Assembly (NCBI GenBank): GCA_943787795.1
Contig: CALSNU010000001.1
Location: 704,001 to 768,000, forward strand
Direction: 5' to 3'
Source: an uncultured bacterium
Lineage (GTDB): Bacteria; Planctomycetota; UBA1135; GCA-002686595
Length of the DNA: 64,000 nt
Shown here piece after piece: positions 9,557-19,296 of the stretch. The notes beneath the pieces are model-generated. The model ran no database searches, was not told the DNA's origin, and was given only the letters and a program-made list of their open reading frames with translations. A program made the translations under genes and the position numbers. How positions within the stretch are numbered: position 1 is the stretch's first letter; each line of letters begins with the position of its first letter.

Positions 9557-9676
9557 TTCCTGACAGGCGGCTCGGGCCACGAGGTCCGACACCGCGCCGA
9601 CCCTCAGCCACGACCACCGACCAAATCCTGTAGCCGCCAGTCACTGGCTAGCTACCCCAAGAGACCGACAAGCCCG

Positions 9677-10846
9677 ATGACCTTCCACGACCACCCTGAC
9701 CACAAGCCCTCCGGGGCAGACTCCACCTCCTGGAGTACCGGCGACGCCTCGGCGTGGTTCAAGGGGATGGGGTGGAGCGAGGGGCTCAGCGATCAACAGG
9801 CGGCTCTGCAGCAGGACCTCTCATGCCTCGTGGACGGCGAGCTCGACGAGACCTCAGCGGCCCATGCGATGGTGCTGCTCGAGGAGTCAGAGGACGCTCA
9901 AGCGTTCTTCGAGGACGTGAGGAAGTTCGCCCGCTTCCACCGTGATCTCTCGGATCCCGAGCGGCTCGAGGCGCGGGTCGCCATGCTCGGCGCCGCCGAG
10001 ATGGCGCGCGCAGCAGAGGACATCGATCTGGCGCACCGCCTCGCGACGATCTTCTACCAGCTCGGCAAGGCCTACTCCCTGGCAGCATTCGAGCCGGGCC
10101 AGTTCCGCGAGCGGGTCTTCGAGGCGGCAGTGCCGGTGGAAGAGACCCGGAATCGCGGCCGAGGATTCGTCGACGGCGTGGTCTCGGCGGGCCGAGCAGG
10201 CGCAGACAGCCACACCGCGCCGGCGGGCCGCGGCATCGACTGGCGAAACGCGCGCCACATGCTCAACGGGCGCCTCGAGCGAATCGCTGACCCTGCTGAG
10301 AAGGGCCGCAAGCTCCTGGCCCAGGCGATTGAGATTGACCCGAGTCATGAGGAGGCCCGGATCTACCTCGCCTACGTCTTCGGCCGCGAGGGGCACACTC
10401 TCCGCGCCGCAAACCTCTTCCGCGAGGTCTTCGACACCGCGATCTCAGAGGTCAGTCGCGGCCACGCCGCGATCCAACTCGGCCGCCTCTACTACGGCGA
10501 AGAGGACTACCGCACCGCGTCGATCTTCTTCCGCTGGCTCTCGATCTCCGGGCTGACCCGGAGTGACTCGCGCTTCGCCCTCGCCCACTTCAATCTTGGC
10601 TGCGCCGAGGTGGCCCGCGGTCGCGATGATGCTGCGCTCGCCGCGTTCCGGCGTCTGCTTGACGATCACCTCGCCTCCGGGGGCCAAGCGGCGGACATCG
10701 CCAGCCTCTTCCTCGAGAACGACGACTTCAGGACCCTGCTCGAATCGAGAGCTGGTCTGACTCGGAGGCTCATGGAGAGCCTCCCTGAACTATTTGAGCC
10801 CCAGGTGGGAACTGGAGACGCCGAGGGCTCATCCCCCAGTTACTGA
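9677..10846 (+). CDS. Putative anti-sigma factor with TPR repeats
   Basis: LSCLVDGELD anti-sigma-like N-terminus and TPR-like helices (AIEIDPSHEEARIYLAYV, AHFNLGCA). Directly follows the ECF sigma. Confidence 0.6.
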   Translation: MTFHDHPDHKPSGADSTSWSTGDASAWFKGMGWSEGLSDQQAALQQDLSCLVDGELDETSAAHAMVLLEESEDAQAFFEDVRKFARFHRDLSDPERLEARVAMLGAAEMARAAEDIDLAHRLATIFYQLGKAYSLAAFEPGQFRERVFEAAVPVEETRNRGRGFVDGVVSAGRAGADSHTAPAGRGIDWRNARHMLNGRLERIADPAEKGRKLLAQAIEIDPSHEEARIYLAYVFGREGHTLRAANLFREVFDTAISEVSRGHAAIQLGRLYYGEEDYRTASIFFRWLSISGLTRSDSRFALAHFNLGCAEVARGRDDAALAAFRRLLDDHLASGGQAADIASLFLENDDFRTLLESRAGLTRRLMESLPELFEPQVGTGDAEGSSPSY

Positions 10847-10895
10847 TTCACCGCAGAGGCCGCCAAGACGCGGCCCAGGTGTTCCTCTTCGAACC

Positions 10896-11507
10896 ATGAC
10901 GTCCCTGAACAACATTCAAGACAAGGCCTCCTCCCGACGGCGTTGGTTGCCAGCCCTCCTCTTCGGTGCTCTGACCATGACGTCGGCCGCCGTGGTGGTC
11001 GCCGACGAGGGCTTCGGAGGCGACTCTTCCGGTGGTGATCCGACGGTCGGGACGCTGCCGATGACCGGCGGCGAAGGGGTGGATCTCGATCAGACGGTCA
11101 CGCTCCGTGGCGCCACAGAGCTGATCCGGTCTGCCATCGTCAAGGCGGACGGAGACGGCGGTGTCGAGGTGATTGACCTGGGCACGGGGGAGTCGTGGGT
11201 GAGGTTCTACGGAGATGTCGAGCTGGAGCTCGACCTCTCCATACTGGTGGGCCTCGAGCTCGGGATCTTCGGCGGGTTCGAGGGCGGGGGTTCGGCGTTC
11301 GCGGTGGAGACCGTGGACGGATTGGGATCACCCTTCGGGCTTGAGAGCGGCTTCAGTCTTGAGATTGAGGTGGGTCGCCTGGTGAGCGAGGGACTCGTGG
11401 ACAGCCTGATGGAGATCCATGGCTTCCACCGCTCTGGTCGGCGCACCTCCACGGGCATCGAACTCAACGCCGCGGGCGACAGGCTTCAGATCTTGCAGCA
11501 GATCTGA
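10896..11507 (+). CDS. Hypothetical exported acidic protein
   Basis: Signal-like RRRWLPALLFGALTMTSAAVVVA followed by a Gly/Glu/Asp-rich mature region. Confidence 0.65.
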   Translation: MTSLNNIQDKASSRRRWLPALLFGALTMTSAAVVVADEGFGGDSSGGDPTVGTLPMTGGEGVDLDQTVTLRGATELIRSAIVKADGDGGVEVIDLGTGESWVRFYGDVELELDLSILVGLELGIFGGFEGGGSAFAVETVDGLGSPFGLESGFSLEIEVGRLVSEGLVDSLMEIHGFHRSGRRTSTGIELNAAGDRLQILQQI

Positions 11508-11557
11508 CGGCGGCCGCGTTCGCCGCAGGCGGAGCCTGGCGCGGGCAAGGACAGCAT

Positions 11558-11590
11558 GAAGCGAAGCCGCGAAAGCGGCTTCGCTTCTTT
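11558..11590 (+). terminator. Rho-independent terminator
   Basis: 13-bp perfect stem gaagcgaagccgc-GAAA-gcggcttcgcttc followed by TTT. Confidence 0.8.
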
Positions 11591-11619
11591 CATTCGGGTC
11601 TGGGCTGTAGCTTGTCCGC

Positions 11620-13098
11620 ATGACGGCAACCTCCGCGACCATCCTCGCCATCGACGCCGGGACCACTGGCATTCACGCGCTGGCCTTCGACGAGCAGCTG
11701 TGCCCCGTGGCCGAGGCTTACGAGGAATTCCCGCAGCACTTCCCATTCCCAGGGGGCGTCGAGCACGATGCCAGTGAGATCCTCGCTGCGGTGGATCGGG
11801 TGGTGGAGCAGGTGATCGCGGCGGTCGGGACACCAGCGACCATCGGTATCACCAACCAGCGAGAGACGGTCTTCCCGATCGACGTGGAGACCGGAGCGGC
11901 TCTCTCCCGGGGGATCGTCTGGCAAGACCGCCGGACGGCCGGGCGTTGCGAGGAGCTGCGAGAGGCGGGGCATGAGGAGCTGGTGCGTCAGCGCACTGGG
12001 CTGGTTCTCGACCCGTATTTCTCCGCCACCAAGATGGAGTGGATGCTGCGCGAGGACGTCGCGGTCCAGGCCGCTGCCAGGAAGCGGTCGCTGCGCTTTG
12101 TGACGGTGGACGCGCTCATCGTCTCGCATCTCACGGGGGGCGCGAGGGTCGCGACCGACCCGACCAACGCCTCCAGGACGATGCTCTTCGATATCGAGCG
12201 CCGAGACTACTGTGACGAGATGCTCGATCTGTTCGGCCTCGACCGCTCGATGCTCGCGGAGGTTGAGAGCAGCGCGGGGGACTTCGGGTACGCGCAGATC
12301 CACGGCGTCGAGGTGCCCATTCGGGGAGTGCTAGGTGACCAGCAGGCGGCGCTCTTCGGGCAGGGGTGCTGGGACGCAGGGGCGGCGAAGGTGACCTACG
12401 GCACGGGGTGCTTTCTGCTCCTCAACACCGGTCAGCGCCGCGCCCACTCCTCCGCAGGTCTGCTCACGACGCTCTGCGCTGACGGGACGGGAGCGCCCTG
12501 CTTCGCCCTGGAGGGCAGCGCCTTCGCTGGCGGCTCGGTCGTGCAGTGGCTGCGAGATGGGCTCGGGGTCATCAAGGAGGCCTCGGAGTCCTCCTCGGTG
12601 GCGACATCAGTGGACGACACCGGGGGCGTCTTCCTCGTGCCGGCGTTCGCCGGGCTCGGCGCGCCCCACTGGGACCCGGGGGCCCGGGCGGCGATCCTCG
12701 GAATGACGCGCGGGACGACCAGCGCCCACATCGTTCGGGCGGGGCTCGACGCCATCGCGTTCCAGTGCGCTGACCTCGTGAACGCCCTCCGGTCCGACTC
12801 AGAGCTTCCGCTCGAGCGGCTCCTCGTCGACGGAGGGGCGGCTGCAAACGACTTCCTCATGCAGCGCCAGGCGGACCTCGCGGGGGCTCTGATCGAGCGC
12901 TCCTCCGAGCTGCAGACCACGGCGCGGGGGGCCGCAGCGATCGCTGGGATCGGAGCCGGACGGTTCACTGACCTCACAGAGGCTGAGGGGCTGCGCCGTG
13001 GCCAGGAGATCTTCACGGCTAGCCTGGATGCGGAGCAGAGGGGGTCGGAGATGAGGGCCTGGTCCGCTGCCGTGGGGCGAGTCCTGAGCCGCCCTTGA
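11620..13098 (+). CDS. glpK: Glycerol kinase
   Basis: AIDAGTT, GITNQRET, IVWQDRRT, LDPYFSATK, TNASRT, GDQQAALFGQ, TYGTG, VDGGAAAN. Confidence 0.93.
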   Translation: MTATSATILAIDAGTTGIHALAFDEQLCPVAEAYEEFPQHFPFPGGVEHDASEILAAVDRVVEQVIAAVGTPATIGITNQRETVFPIDVETGAALSRGIVWQDRRTAGRCEELREAGHEELVRQRTGLVLDPYFSATKMEWMLREDVAVQAAARKRSLRFVTVDALIVSHLTGGARVATDPTNASRTMLFDIERRDYCDEMLDLFGLDRSMLAEVESSAGDFGYAQIHGVEVPIRGVLGDQQAALFGQGCWDAGAAKVTYGTGCFLLLNTGQRRAHSSAGLLTTLCADGTGAPCFALEGSAFAGGSVVQWLRDGLGVIKEASESSSVATSVDDTGGVFLVPAFAGLGAPHWDPGARAAILGMTRGTTSAHIVRAGLDAIAFQCADLVNALRSDSELPLERLLVDGGAAANDFLMQRQADLAGALIERSSELQTTARGAAAIAGIGAGRFTDLTEAEGLRRGQEIFTASLDAEQRGSEMRAWSAAVGRVLSRP

Positions 13099-13206
13099 GC
13101 CGCTTGGCGCGGAGCTGACGGGGCGCGCGGCTGGCCTGCAGGGTCCAGGAATCCAGTTCCGAGACGATTCGGCTCCAGCGGGGCCCGGACCGACCGAGAA
13201 CCCGGT

Positions 13207-14564
13207 GTGGACCGTGTTCCTGAGATTCGACGCACCGCCGACGTGGCGGCGACGAGACCCATGGATCGCCGCCCGGGAGCTCCCGAGCCGCGAACTGGCG
13301 AGGCCTCCAAGCAGGGCGTCGCGGGGCAATCGGGGGCCGAGCGACCCGCGGAGTCGCGCCCAGATGTGGCCCTGGAGCGCGCCTCTCGAGCCCTCAGCGC
13401 GCTGGATCCGGAGGCGGATGGTGAGGTCGGAGCGCGTCTCCAGGAACTCCGTGATGCGCTCGCCCGTGGCGCGGCAGACGGCGATCCCCGCGCGCAGCGG
13501 CTGCTCTCTCGGTTGGACGCGTTGGCCTTCCAGCCGGGGCGCGACGGCGGGCCGGAGCTCGCCGCGTTGAACCGCATGGCCCACGTCGCGCGACAGCTCG
13601 CCCTCCTCGCCAGCGCCGCTGTTGCAGGCGTGGACTCTGCCGGCGCCGCGAGGCAGGCCCTGCTCGACGCGATCCTGTCAGTCGCGGGCGTGAACCCCGG
13701 GGGGCCAGGGGCTCGAGCTTTGACGTCCGCGCTTGACGTGGTCCTGCCGGAGATCATCGGGCGCTCCGCAGGCATTCAGCTGCGGGGCCCATGACGCAGC
13801 GGACGTGCTCCGTATGGCGGGCGAGAAGCTGCTCGAGAGGCTCGCGGGGAGAATGGAGGCGGCCGGGGAGCCCGTGGCCGCCAGGGGATTGCGCGAGGCG
13901 CTCGCTGGCGCCTCGAGTCGAGGATCCATCGACGGTAGCCTCGCCCGGGTCCTACTCCACCAGCAAGCGTCACGGTCGGCGGGGCGCCGGGCAGGCTGCG
14001 GCGTACCTCGACTCCCTCCTCAGCGGCGCGCTGCGCTCGCCGCAGGAGGTCGCGGCGGCGCTGATCGCCGAGTCTGGCTCCGCGGGCAGCGGCCTGCGGG
14101 AGGTGATCGGTCGACACCTTGCCGCGAGGGAGTTCGAACACGCGTGGAATGTGGCCCGGCGGGAGTTCGGCGATCCGCCGGCCTTCGGGTTCGCTGTCCC
14201 CGAGGGCCCCGATCGATTCGCGACGGTCCAGGTCGTCGGCGACAACCCGTCTGGCCGAGGCCGCGGCTCCGAGCGTGGGCGGGAGTCATGCCACGTTACG
14301 GTCGGCGTCGAGTTCAGCGGGCTCGGACCCGTTCGGGCGGACCTGGCTGTCCGCGGTGATCAGATCGCGCTGCGCCTCGTGGTCGCGCGACCTGACGTCG
14401 CCCAGGAGATTCGCTTTCGGGCCAGTGAACTGGAGTCGGCCCTCGCCCTGGAGGGTCGCCGGGTACTCCTGGCGGTCGCGGATGGGTCCGAGGATGAGGC
14501 TCGCGTGGATGCCCGCCAGGTCGGCGTGAAGCCCGAGGACCACGTTATGGACCTGGAAGGATGA
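13207..14564 (+). CDS. FliK/YlqG-like hook-length-control-type protein, split by two apparent +1 frameshifts
   Basis: Protein-like sequence continues across ORFs 13207..13794, 13733..14359 and 13791..14564, switching near GGGG runs (~13784 and ~13981). The C-terminal FSGLGPVRADL...IALRL...ELESAL segment resembles FliK-C. Start is uncertain. Confidence 0.55.
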
Positions 14565-14878
14565 CGGAGCCTCGCAAGAACCTGCCCGAGGCCGTTGCGC
14601 TCCACTACGACCGCGATGCGGCCGAGGGAGCTCCCTCCGTCGTGGCCCGCGGTCGCGGGGAGATCGCGAACCGGATCCTCGAGACCGCCGTCGAAGCGGG
14701 GGTGCCAATTCGCGAGGACAAGGACCTTCTGGAGCTCCTCTCCATGGTCGAGCTCGGTGAGGAAATCCCCGTCGAGGTCTTCGGCGCGGTGGCGCAGCTG
14801 ATCTCGTTCCTGTGGGAAATGAACGAGGAGCGGAGAGAGGCCGAGCCTGAGGTGCCCCCAGGCCCTGCTCCGCGGTGA
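14561..14878 (+). CDS. Stand-alone FlhB/EscU C-terminal-like export switch protein (YlqH/FlhX-like)
   Basis: AVALHYD...APSVVARGRGEIANRILETAVEAGVPI...EEIPVEVFGAVAQLI. Confidence 0.88.
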   Translation: MTEPRKNLPEAVALHYDRDAAEGAPSVVARGRGEIANRILETAVEAGVPIREDKDLLELLSMVELGEEIPVEVFGAVAQLISFLWEMNEERREAEPEVPPGPAPR

Positions 14879-14940
14879 GGCTGGACGGGTAGGGGCGCTC
14901 AGCGCTTCACCCAACCCGGCCTCGGCCTAAGATCCCTGAC

Positions 14941-15909
14941 GTGAAGCCGCTCCTCGCTCTCTCCGTCGGTGATCCCTCCGGGATTGGCCCCGAAATCGCG
15001 CCCCTCGCTGTGCGTGCGGTACGCGCTGAGGCGCGGGTCGTGATCCTCGGTCACGGAGCTGTGCGGCCTGACGGGATCCCGCTGGTCGAGTCGCCGGCGG
15101 ACATGGGGGCGGAAGCTGCGGCATGGATCGACACGGGGGGGCCCGCCAGGTGGACCCTGGGGGAGGTGCAGGAGAGCTGCGGGGCCGCGGCTCTGAGCGC
15201 GCTTCGGAAGGGGCATGAGCTCGCCCTCGAGGGGGAGGTCGACGCGCTCGTCACCGGGCCCGTCAACAAGGCCGCGATGCACGCCGCAGGTGAGAGGGTC
15301 GAGGGGCAGACCGAGCTCCTGAGCCGCTGGTCGGGGGTCGAGCGGTACGAGATGATGGGGTTCGTCGGCCAGCTTCGGGTGATGCTCGCGACGCGCCATG
15401 TCTCCCTCCGCGAGGCGCTGGACCGGATCACGACGGAGCACGTCCTCGACCGGCTCCTCTTCCTGGGCGAGGCGCTGCGATCGATCGGGCTGAAGGACCC
15501 GCTCGTGGGAGTCGCGGGGCTCAACCCACACGCCGGGGAGGGGGGGCTGTTCGGACGGGAGGAGATCGAGATCCTCATGCCGGCGATTGAGCTCGCCCGG
15601 GCGCAGGGGATGCGTATCCAGGGACCCGTCGCCCCCGATTCGGTCTTCGTCAGGGGGCTGAGGGGGGATTTCGACGCTGTCCTCGCGCTCTATCACGACC
15701 AGGCCTTCATCCCGCTGAAGCTGGCTGGGGCCGATTCAGGGGTGACCTTCATTCCGGGACTCCCGTACCGCCGTTTCAGTCCGATGCACGGCACGGCGTT
15801 CGATATCGTCGGAAAGAGGGGGCCTGACGGGCAACCTGTCGCAGATCCAGGGAATCTCGCCGAAGCTCTCCGTGTGGCGTCGAGGATCACCCGTCGAATA
15901 GCCGAGTAG
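14941..15909 (+). CDS. pdxA: 4-hydroxythreonine-4-phosphate dehydrogenase (PdxA family)
   Basis: GDPSGIGPE, VTGPVNK, AGLNPHAGEGGLFGREE, YHDQ, SPMHGTAFDI. Confidence 0.9.
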   Translation: MKPLLALSVGDPSGIGPEIAPLAVRAVRAEARVVILGHGAVRPDGIPLVESPADMGAEAAAWIDTGGPARWTLGEVQESCGAAALSALRKGHELALEGEVDALVTGPVNKAAMHAAGERVEGQTELLSRWSGVERYEMMGFVGQLRVMLATRHVSLREALDRITTEHVLDRLLFLGEALRSIGLKDPLVGVAGLNPHAGEGGLFGREEIEILMPAIELARAQGMRIQGPVAPDSVFVRGLRGDFDAVLALYHDQAFIPLKLAGADSGVTFIPGLPYRRFSPMHGTAFDIVGKRGPDGQPVADPGNLAEALRVASRITRRIAE

Positions 15910-15963
15910 ACTGGAGGAGGCACCGCTCGCCGTTGCGAGCCCGGCCGTCTCCCCCCGGTAATC

Positions 15964-17607
15964 ATGATTCAGCGCCAGAAGAAGAAGATCGTCCTCTACC
16001 AGCCCAAGCAGGTGGACGACAGCCTCGGAGTCGAGTCGAGCAAGGACATGCTCCCGCTCGAGCTGATGACCATCGCAGCCTTCCCGCTCGAGGATGGCTT
16101 TGACGTCAAGATCGTCGACGGGAGCCTTTACAGCGGGACGGAGGGGCATGAGCGCTTCATCCACGAGGCCGACGGCGCGCTGATGGTCGGGACCACGGCC
16201 ATCCTTGGCTACATGGTGACCGACGGTTGGCTCGCCATGAGGGCCTTGAAGGAGCGGCTCCCCGACATGCCGGCAGTCATAGGTGGTTGGTTTGCCAGCG
16301 TGAAGCCGGACCTCATGCTTGAGACGGGGCTCTACGAGTGCGTTGTGATCGGGCAGGGCGAGCTCATCTTCAGGGACGTGGTCAACGCCATCGATAGCGG
16401 AGAGTCGCTCGAGTCCATCGAGGGCATCGCGTACATGAAGGACGGTGAGGTCATCAAGACCCCGCGTCGCTCCGTGGCGGGCTGGGACCAGGTCCCCAAT
16501 GTCCCCTGGCATCTGATCGACCCCGAGCCTTACCGGGAGCATCAAATGCGCGCCCAGTCTGCGCGTGACGTGCTCCGCCTGCCGACGCCGCCTTGGATCG
16601 GCCACGGCAAGCCGTACTTCGGGATCACGTACTTCTCGAGCTACGGCTGCCCTGAGCCGTGCGGCTTTTGCTGCAGCCCAGAGATCAGCATGCGCCGCTG
16701 GAAGTGCATGCCCGCGGAACGGATGCTCGACGACATCGAGGAGCTCCACGATCGCTGGGGGTTCGATTCAATCCGGTTCCATGACGCGAACTTCGGCGTC
16801 ATGCAGAAGCGGACGCGCGCCTTCGCGGAGGGCCTCCTGAAGCGGGACCTGCGCATCGGGTGGAACTCGTTCATCGAGACGCACTCCATCCTCAACTACA
16901 AGCAGGACACGCTCGACATGATGGCCGAGTCCGGCATGTACGTGGCGGAGATCGGCGCCGAGGCAGGTCTGGACGAGATGATGCAGCGCATCGGCAAGCC
17001 CATCAAAGGCGATGACAACATCGCTGCAGCCGTGGAGATGGACCGCCGCGGCGTCCAGGGGTCGATCACTTACATCATCGGCTATCCCGGCGAGAGCGAG
17101 GAGTCGATGATGGCGACCATCGACCAGTGCCGCCGGCTTCACAACGCCGCGCCGCTCGCCCGACCCAACGTCTGGCCCTATCGGCCGATCCCGGGGACGG
17201 TCATGTGGGATGAGGCCGAGGCGCTCGGCTATCAGGGACCGAGCACTATTCCGGAGTGGGGGTCCATCGGGGAGTATCACCTCGAGGAGACCTGGCCAGG
17301 CAATATCCCGCCCAGGGTTGCCAAGGCGCGGATGATGTATCAGCACCACGCGACCCTCAGCTATGGCCTCGCCCGGGGCAAGGTCGGTTGGTGGGAGCGG
17401 CGCGCCCAGCGTCGCCTCGAGGACGGCAGCTACGCGAACGCGCGACTCGAGGCCAAGGCCTTCGGCGCCTACAGCAAGCTCTCCCGCCGCCTCTTCGGGG
17501 GCGTCGATACGGTCCGCAGCTGGGTCGATCCCGGACACAAGACCGGGACGAGCGGCAACAAGGCCTCGCGCGCCTCCGTGTCCATGACGGACGCGACCAA
17601 GGGCTGA
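15964..17607 (+). CDS. Cobalamin-binding radical SAM protein
   Basis: N-terminal B12-binding-like domain (VIGG, VIGQGE) and CPEPCGFC (CxxxCxxC), FHDANF, IIGYPGE. Confidence 0.85.
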   Translation: MIQRQKKKIVLYQPKQVDDSLGVESSKDMLPLELMTIAAFPLEDGFDVKIVDGSLYSGTEGHERFIHEADGALMVGTTAILGYMVTDGWLAMRALKERLPDMPAVIGGWFASVKPDLMLETGLYECVVIGQGELIFRDVVNAIDSGESLESIEGIAYMKDGEVIKTPRRSVAGWDQVPNVPWHLIDPEPYREHQMRAQSARDVLRLPTPPWIGHGKPYFGITYFSSYGCPEPCGFCCSPEISMRRWKCMPAERMLDDIEELHDRWGFDSIRFHDANFGVMQKRTRAFAEGLLKRDLRIGWNSFIETHSILNYKQDTLDMMAESGMYVAEIGAEAGLDEMMQRIGKPIKGDDNIAAAVEMDRRGVQGSITYIIGYPGESEESMMATIDQCRRLHNAAPLARPNVWPYRPIPGTVMWDEAEALGYQGPSTIPEWGSIGEYHLEETWPGNIPPRVAKARMMYQHHATLSYGLARGKVGWWERRAQRRLEDGSYANARLEAKAFGAYSKLSRRLFGGVDTVRSWVDPGHKTGTSGNKASRASVSMTDATKG

Positions 17608-17624
17608 GCTCTCGGAGGCGGCCT

Positions 17625-17680
17625 CAGCGGGGTCGGCACAGCGGGGTCGGCACAGCGGGGTCGGCACAGCGGGGTCGGCT
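17625..17680. repeat. 14-bp tandem repeat x4
   Basis: cagcggggtcggca x3 plus cagcggggtcggct, between two convergent stop codons. Confidence 0.95.
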
Positions 17681-19296
17681 CAGGGAGATGGGCGCAGGAA
17701 CTGCAGCATGAGTTCCTGCAGAAGGAGGAGCCGCACCGGCTTCTCCAGGAACCCGTCCATCCCCGAGGCGAGCGCGTCCTCGCGATCGTGCTCGAAGGCC
17801 CCGGCGGTGAACGCGACGACCGGCAGGTCCCGCCAAGCGACGTCCAACTGACGGATCTCCCGGGTCGCCTCGGTCCCTGCCATGACTGGCATCATGAGGT
17901 CCATGAGCACGAGGTCGAAGGGCGCCGCCGCGATCGCGTTCACCGCGGCTCGGCCGTTGGAGACCACCTCGGCATCGGCGCCGAGCTTCCTCACGAGCCT
18001 GCGTGCGATCACCTGGTTCATCTGATTGTCCTCCACGATGAGGACGCGCGCTCCGGGGAAGAGCACCAGGTCGCTGGAGGCTGGAGCTGCCTCCTCTGCT
18101 ATGGCGGCTGGCTTGGCGCTCCCCTTCACAGGCTCAGCCTCGAAGGTGAACGCGAAGGTGCTGCCATCAGAGTCGCTGTGGAGCAGCTCAAGCGCTCCGC
18201 CCATGGCTCGGGCCAGCTCGCTCGAGATGGCGAGGCCGAGCCCTGTGCCGCCGAACTCTCTCGTCACCGAGTCGTCCGCCTGAGTGAATGGGTCGAAGAG
18301 GAAGGGCTGGGCTGCCTTGGCGATACCGATCCCGGTGTCCGAGACGGTGATCCGAACGCTTCCACCGGACAGCGGCTCGAGGCGGAGTCGGATGCTCCCC
18401 GCCGTTGTGAACTTCACCGCGTTGCCGAGCAGGTTGGCGATCACCTGTCCAATTCGACGCTCGTCTCCGAGCCGTGGTGCTCTCAGCTCCTCGTCGCAGT
18501 CGACGTCGAACCGGAGGCTCTTCGCCAGGGCCTCGGCCTCGAACTGAGCGGCCGCGCGCTGAACGACCTCCGGTAGTGACACCGGGCGCCGCTCGAGGTC
18601 AGCGCCGCTCGCCTCCAGCTTGGACAGGTCGAGGATGTCGTTCACGAGGGCGAGGAGCGACTGCGCGCAGGAGTCCATCGTGGAGATCTGCTCTCGCTGC
18701 TCGCGGGTGAGCTCGGTCGTCCGCAGCAGGTCGATCATCGCGCCGAACCCGTTGAGGGGGGTTCGGATCTCGTGGCTCATCACCGCGAGGAAGCGCTCCT
18801 TGGCCCGGACCGCGGCGTGCGCGTCATTCAGGGCTGCGCTGAGCTCCTTGCCCAGCTCACGAGCATCGTTCAGGGCCGTCCGGCTCGTCTGCATGACGAG
18901 GAGGAGGTCCGGGGTTGAATCACTGGGCGGGAAGTCCGTCAGGGTCAATTCCTGCTCGGCGACCTCGCTTACGCTGCGGAGGACGGGGGATCCGATGAAG
19001 GCGACCTGCCCGCCAGCTTCGAGAGGGATCATGCTCCCCTTGATGCTGAGGTTGGAGACGCGGTGGCGTAGGACGACCGTGAGCCCCGTGGAGGGCTCGA
19101 TCGCAGCGATGGAGTTGAGGTCGCGTGGGCGGAGGACCTCGAAGGCCGCGTCCGCTGCCGTTCCCTCCAGTACGTCTCGCCGTCGCCCAAGAACCTCGCC
19201 GACGACAGAGATTCGGTGCTCGTGATCGAGGATGAAGCCGAAGGGAAATGACTCGGCGAACCGCTCACGGGAGATCGAGATCTCAGCGTCGCTCAT
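17680..19296 (-). CDS. Hybrid sensor histidine kinase (HNOBA/PAS-like, HisKA, HATPase, receiver)
   Basis: FAESFPFGFILD (HNOBA-like), MSHEIRTPLN, NLLGNAVKFT, DTGIGI, GGTGLGLAI, LMDLMMP. Confidence 0.92.
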   Translation of the reverse strand: MSDAEISISRERFAESFPFGFILDHEHRISVVGEVLGRRRDVLEGTAADAAFEVLRPRDLNSIAAIEPSTGLTVVLRHRVSNLSIKGSMIPLEAGGQVAFIGSPVLRSVSEVAEQELTLTDFPPSDSTPDLLLVMQTSRTALNDARELGKELSAALNDAHAAVRAKERFLAVMSHEIRTPLNGFGAMIDLLRTTELTREQREQISTMDSCAQSLLALVNDILDLSKLEASGADLERRPVSLPEVVQRAAAQFEAEALAKSLRFDVDCDEELRAPRLGDERRIGQVIANLLGNAVKFTTAGSIRLRLEPLSGGSVRITVSDTGIGIAKAAQPFLFDPFTQADDSVTREFGGTGLGLAISSELARAMGGALELLHSDSDGSTFAFTFEAEPVKGSAKPAAIAEEAAPASSDLVLFPGARVLIVEDNQMNQVIARRLVRKLGADAEVVSNGRAAVNAIAAAPFDLVLMDLMMPVMAGTEATREIRQLDVAWRDLPVVAFTAGAFEHDREDALASGMDGFLEKPVRLLLLQELMLQFLRPSP

